Assembly (NCBI GenBank): GCA_052390515.1
Contig: JBQTGV010000168.1
Span: forward strand, 1-19,592
Source of the DNA: Candidatus Eiseniibacteriota bacterium
GTDB taxonomy: Bacteria > ARS69
DNA: 19,592 nt
Direction: 5' to 3'
How positions within the stretch are numbered: position 1 is the first letter of the stretch; every line of letters begins with the position of its first letter. Of this stretch, positions 17,640 through 19,592 are shown in pieces. A program made the translations under genes and the position numbers. The notes under the pieces are model-generated. The model saw only the letters and a program-made list of their open reading frames with translations. It ran no database searches and was not told where the DNA came from.

Positions 17640-18803
17640 TCACAGCTTGGCGAACTCCACGCGCCGGTTCATTGCCCGGCCTTCCGCTTTGTCGTTGGAA
17701 GCCACGGCCTGCGTGTCGCCCAAGCCGTCGGTGGCGAATCGGTCCGAAGCGATGCCGAACTGTTCGGAGAGGACGTTCGCCACGGACGCGGCGCGCCGCT
17801 TCGACAGATCCAGGTTGTAGTCCGGCTTGCCCACGTTGTCGGTGTGCCCGGTGATGCCGAGCTTCACCGCCGCATTCGCCTCCATGTAGGCCGCCACCTG
17901 GCGCAGTACGGGCGCGGACTCCGGCAGGACGACGTCGGAGCCGCTGGCGAAATGGATGCCGTAGGTGACCAGCTTTCCTTCGGCCAGCATGTCCTTCGGC
18001 GGACGGCAGCCCTCGGCGAAGCGCACGTTGGTGATCATCGGCTGCTTGTCGGACCACAGGTAGATGCTGATGTCGCTGGGTGCACCCGGCGCGGGATTGA
18101 TCTCGGGGACGTTAGCGACGCGCTGGCAGTCGATGTACGTCTTGATGGACTTCCCGCGAGCCATGAACATGACGTGGTGCACCCGCCCCCACACGCTGGG
18201 TCCTTCGAGCGGCGTGTTCGAGAAGACGTCGCCGGTCGTGAAGGCGCAGCTCGTGCCGGAGTAAGGGAAGACGACGTTCCAAACCATCTGATCGCCGTTC
18301 ATGCCGGACACAGTCAGCACGTTGCCGGACGGCTCCCCGCAGTAGAAGTCCAGCTCCAGCGTCCAGAACTCAGGCAGCGCAGTCATGGAGGGGAGCTTCA
18401 TCCTGATGTCGCTGGTGATGCTGGTGGAGCGCAGCCAGCGCTGCCCGTTCATCTCGGCCACCTCGAACGTGCCCTCCTTCAACCGCCAGCTCGCGGGGAA
18501 TTCCCCCAGCTCGTCCTGGGTGAAGTCGTCGGCGAAGAGCACCTTGTCGCCGGGCACGAAGTCGAACTTCGTGGAGACGTCGGAGACCTTCCCGGCGTCA
18601 CCCGGGGCGCCGGCCGGGTCCCCTGCCGCGCCTTCGGTCGCCGCGGTCTCGGCCGCCTCCGGGGCGACCTTCTCCTCGACCTTCGCGGCGGCCTTGTCCT
18701 GGACCTTCTTCTTGAGCTTGTCGCCGAGGCCGGCGTGGGTGGCCGGCGCGAGTGCGAGCACAGCGGGCAGTACGACGAGCAGGAACCTGGCGAGACGGTG
18801 CAT
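17640..18803 (-). CDS. Exported OmpA-C (peptidoglycan-binding) domain protein with N-terminal beta-rich domain, 387 aa
   Basis: ATG 18803 with GGAGG; signal peptide ending ATHA. KFDFVPGDKVLFADDF..GEFPASW. OmpA-C motifs IHFASGS, ITGHTDNVG, NLDLSKRRAASV, GRAMNRRVE. Confidence 0.92.
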   Translation of the reverse strand: MHRLARFLLVVLPAVLALAPATHAGLGDKLKKKVQDKAAAKVEEKVAPEAAETAATEGAAGDPAGAPGDAGKVSDVSTKFDFVPGDKVLFADDFTQDELGEFPASWRLKEGTFEVAEMNGQRWLRSTSITSDIRMKLPSMTALPEFWTLELDFYCGEPSGNVLTVSGMNGDQMVWNVVFPYSGTSCAFTTGDVFSNTPLEGPSVWGRVHHVMFMARGKSIKTYIDCQRVANVPEINPAPGAPSDISIYLWSDKQPMITNVRFAEGCRPPKDMLAEGKLVTYGIHFASGSDVVLPESAPVLRQVAAYMEANAAVKLGITGHTDNVGKPDYNLDLSKRRAASVANVLSEQFGIASDRFATDGLGDTQAVASNDKAEGRAMNRRVEFAKL

Positions 18804-18839
18804 GAGCGACCTCCGGACTGTGGGTGGTTGTCTCTCAGC

Positions 18840-18865
18840 GCGACGTCCGGCCGGAAATGGGGACA
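18840..18865 (-). promoter_or_regulatory. Candidate ECF-type promoter, copy 2 (TGTC-N4-TT-N13-CGC)
   Basis: TGTCCCCATTTCCGGCCGGACGTCGC ends 36 nt before ATG 18803. Confidence 0.4.
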
Positions 18866-18910
18866 ACCCGAGACGCCGTGACTGGGGGGGCGGCCGGGTA
18901 GGCGCGGCCT

Positions 18911-18944
18911 GCCCCGGGCTGACCCGGAGTCTCCAGCCCGGGGC
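18911..18944. repeat. Perfect 11-bp hairpin
   Basis: GCCCCGGGCTG-12 nt-CAGCCCGGGGC; no U-tract. Confidence 0.6.
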
Positions 18945-19011
18945 CGAGACGCTCGGCCTCCCAAGCAGCCCAACATCGCGGCGATCACGACGCGGGCGAC
19001 CCCACCGGTGA

Positions 19012-19200
19012 CTTACACGGGCGGCGTCGCCCCGCTTACACAGACCCGCGCATCTCGACCACCGACTTTCGGCCCGGGGCATAAGCGGTGCCCGCGCGGG
19101 TCGTTGCGCGGGTGGCAACTCTAGGCGCCGCTCCTTATACTGACCCGGCGTCGTTGCCAGATGTATGAGTGTTGGAGACCGGTTGAAGTCTTAGTTCTCC
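19012..19200 (+). mobile_element. Putative integron attI-like region; predicted crossover G|TTCTCC at 19194/19195
   Basis: Locally AT-richer, repeated CTTAYAC motifs. GTTCTCC (19194-19200) matches the reverse complement of the downstream attC R'' box AGAGAAC at 6/7. Confidence 0.45.
19113..19141 (+). promoter_or_regulatory. Candidate Pc-like sigma70 promoter facing the cassette array
   Basis: TGGCAA (19113-19118)-N17-TATACT (19136-19141). Confidence 0.4.
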
Positions 19201-19494
19201 TCACATCGCTGCGTTGTGACTCGGGTAGGGCACTCGCTGAGAGGCGGCAGCTTCGCTGCCGGGAGTCGTGTGCCCGAGCGTGTGTGGTTTCCTTATCGCC
19301 CGCTTGGAACTCGCCGCGGCTTCTCCCTGGAACGTTCAGGTTGGCGGCTGCTCGGTCACCCGCATCTCTGCGGCCAGGCTCTGATCGCGGGTTCTTTCGG
19401 TGTGGGTTCCGTCCTCGTGGCTCTGAGAGGTTGCTGATCACCAGAAGTCCGGCTGCGTCGCCGGTGGCTCCGAAGTTTGAGCTCTGCTCAGGTC

Positions 19495-19592
19495 AGAGAA
19501 CTAGCGGATTCAGCCGACGCTCACCGCACCTTGCGGCGATGGAGGATGGAGGCGTAGGCTGTCGCGGTGAGCGCAGCTGATCCGCAAGCGTT
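19495..19592 (+). mobile_element. Integron attC recombination site (R' truncated after GTT at window edge)
   Basis: AGAGAAC-TAGCGGAT[T]CAGCCG[A]CGCTCACCGC ... GCGGTGAGCGCAGCTGATCCGCAAGC-GTT. Imperfect palindrome with AAC/GTT ends, unequal spacers and two unpaired bases on the left arm. Confidence 0.88.

Noticed and set aside
18926-18940. GVSSP peptide resembling an IntI C-terminus (GVxSPLD)
   Set aside because: Five residues only, not followed by LD/AD, no catalytic motifs upstream, and inside a hairpin.
18804-19118. N-terminal extension of the OmpA-C ORF, or a riboswitch in its leader
   Set aside because: RBS and signal peptide fix the start at 18803, and I found no known riboswitch core. 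Track starts at 2197, 5949, 9312, 10522, 11844 and 15247 were shortened on the same grounds.
19121-19580. ORFs 19121..19441 (-), 19161..19580 (+), 19216..19437 (+)
   Set aside because: Atypical codon use and no motifs; the first two cross the predicted attI boundary and the second also runs into attC.
1-19592. CRISPR array, tRNA, rRNA, transposase or integrase genes
   Set aside because: None seen by eye; the repeats present are protein-domain repeats or isolated inverted repeats.

Overview
Very GC-rich bacterial chromosomal window. The FlgD-like C-terminal tails and a WGxxKxxYR tail suggest a high-GC FCB-group lineage such as Eisenbacteria, Krumholzibacteriota or Latescibacterota (inference). 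Left to right: (1) a minus-strand pentose-phosphate operon: one uninterrupted transaldolase + phosphoglucose isomerase + 6-phosphogluconate dehydrogenase triple fusion, then zwf, then pgl (runs off the left edge); (2) a 134-bp intergenic element bounded by a 21-bp inverted repeat; (3) a minus-strand cluster of two exported proteins, an ECF sigma factor of the phosphorylation-activated type and its membrane Ser/Thr kinase with TPRs; (4) exported and envelope proteins: a beta-propeller with FlgD-like tail, a CsgG/LpoB-like lipoprotein, a GT-C-like membrane protein, a second FlgD-tail protein, a lipoprotein with four C-x1/2-C-x9-C-x2-[CH] repeats, DoxX and an OmpA-C protein; (5) two orphan 3' gene ends, an OMP-like beta-signal and a ...SAWGSVKSLYR tail; (6) at the right edge an integron attC site, preceded by an apparently ORF-less cassette and an attI/Pc-like region, with no integrase in the window. 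Most long ORFs in the supplied track are antisense shadows, and several starts were moved downstream on RBS and signal-peptide evidence.
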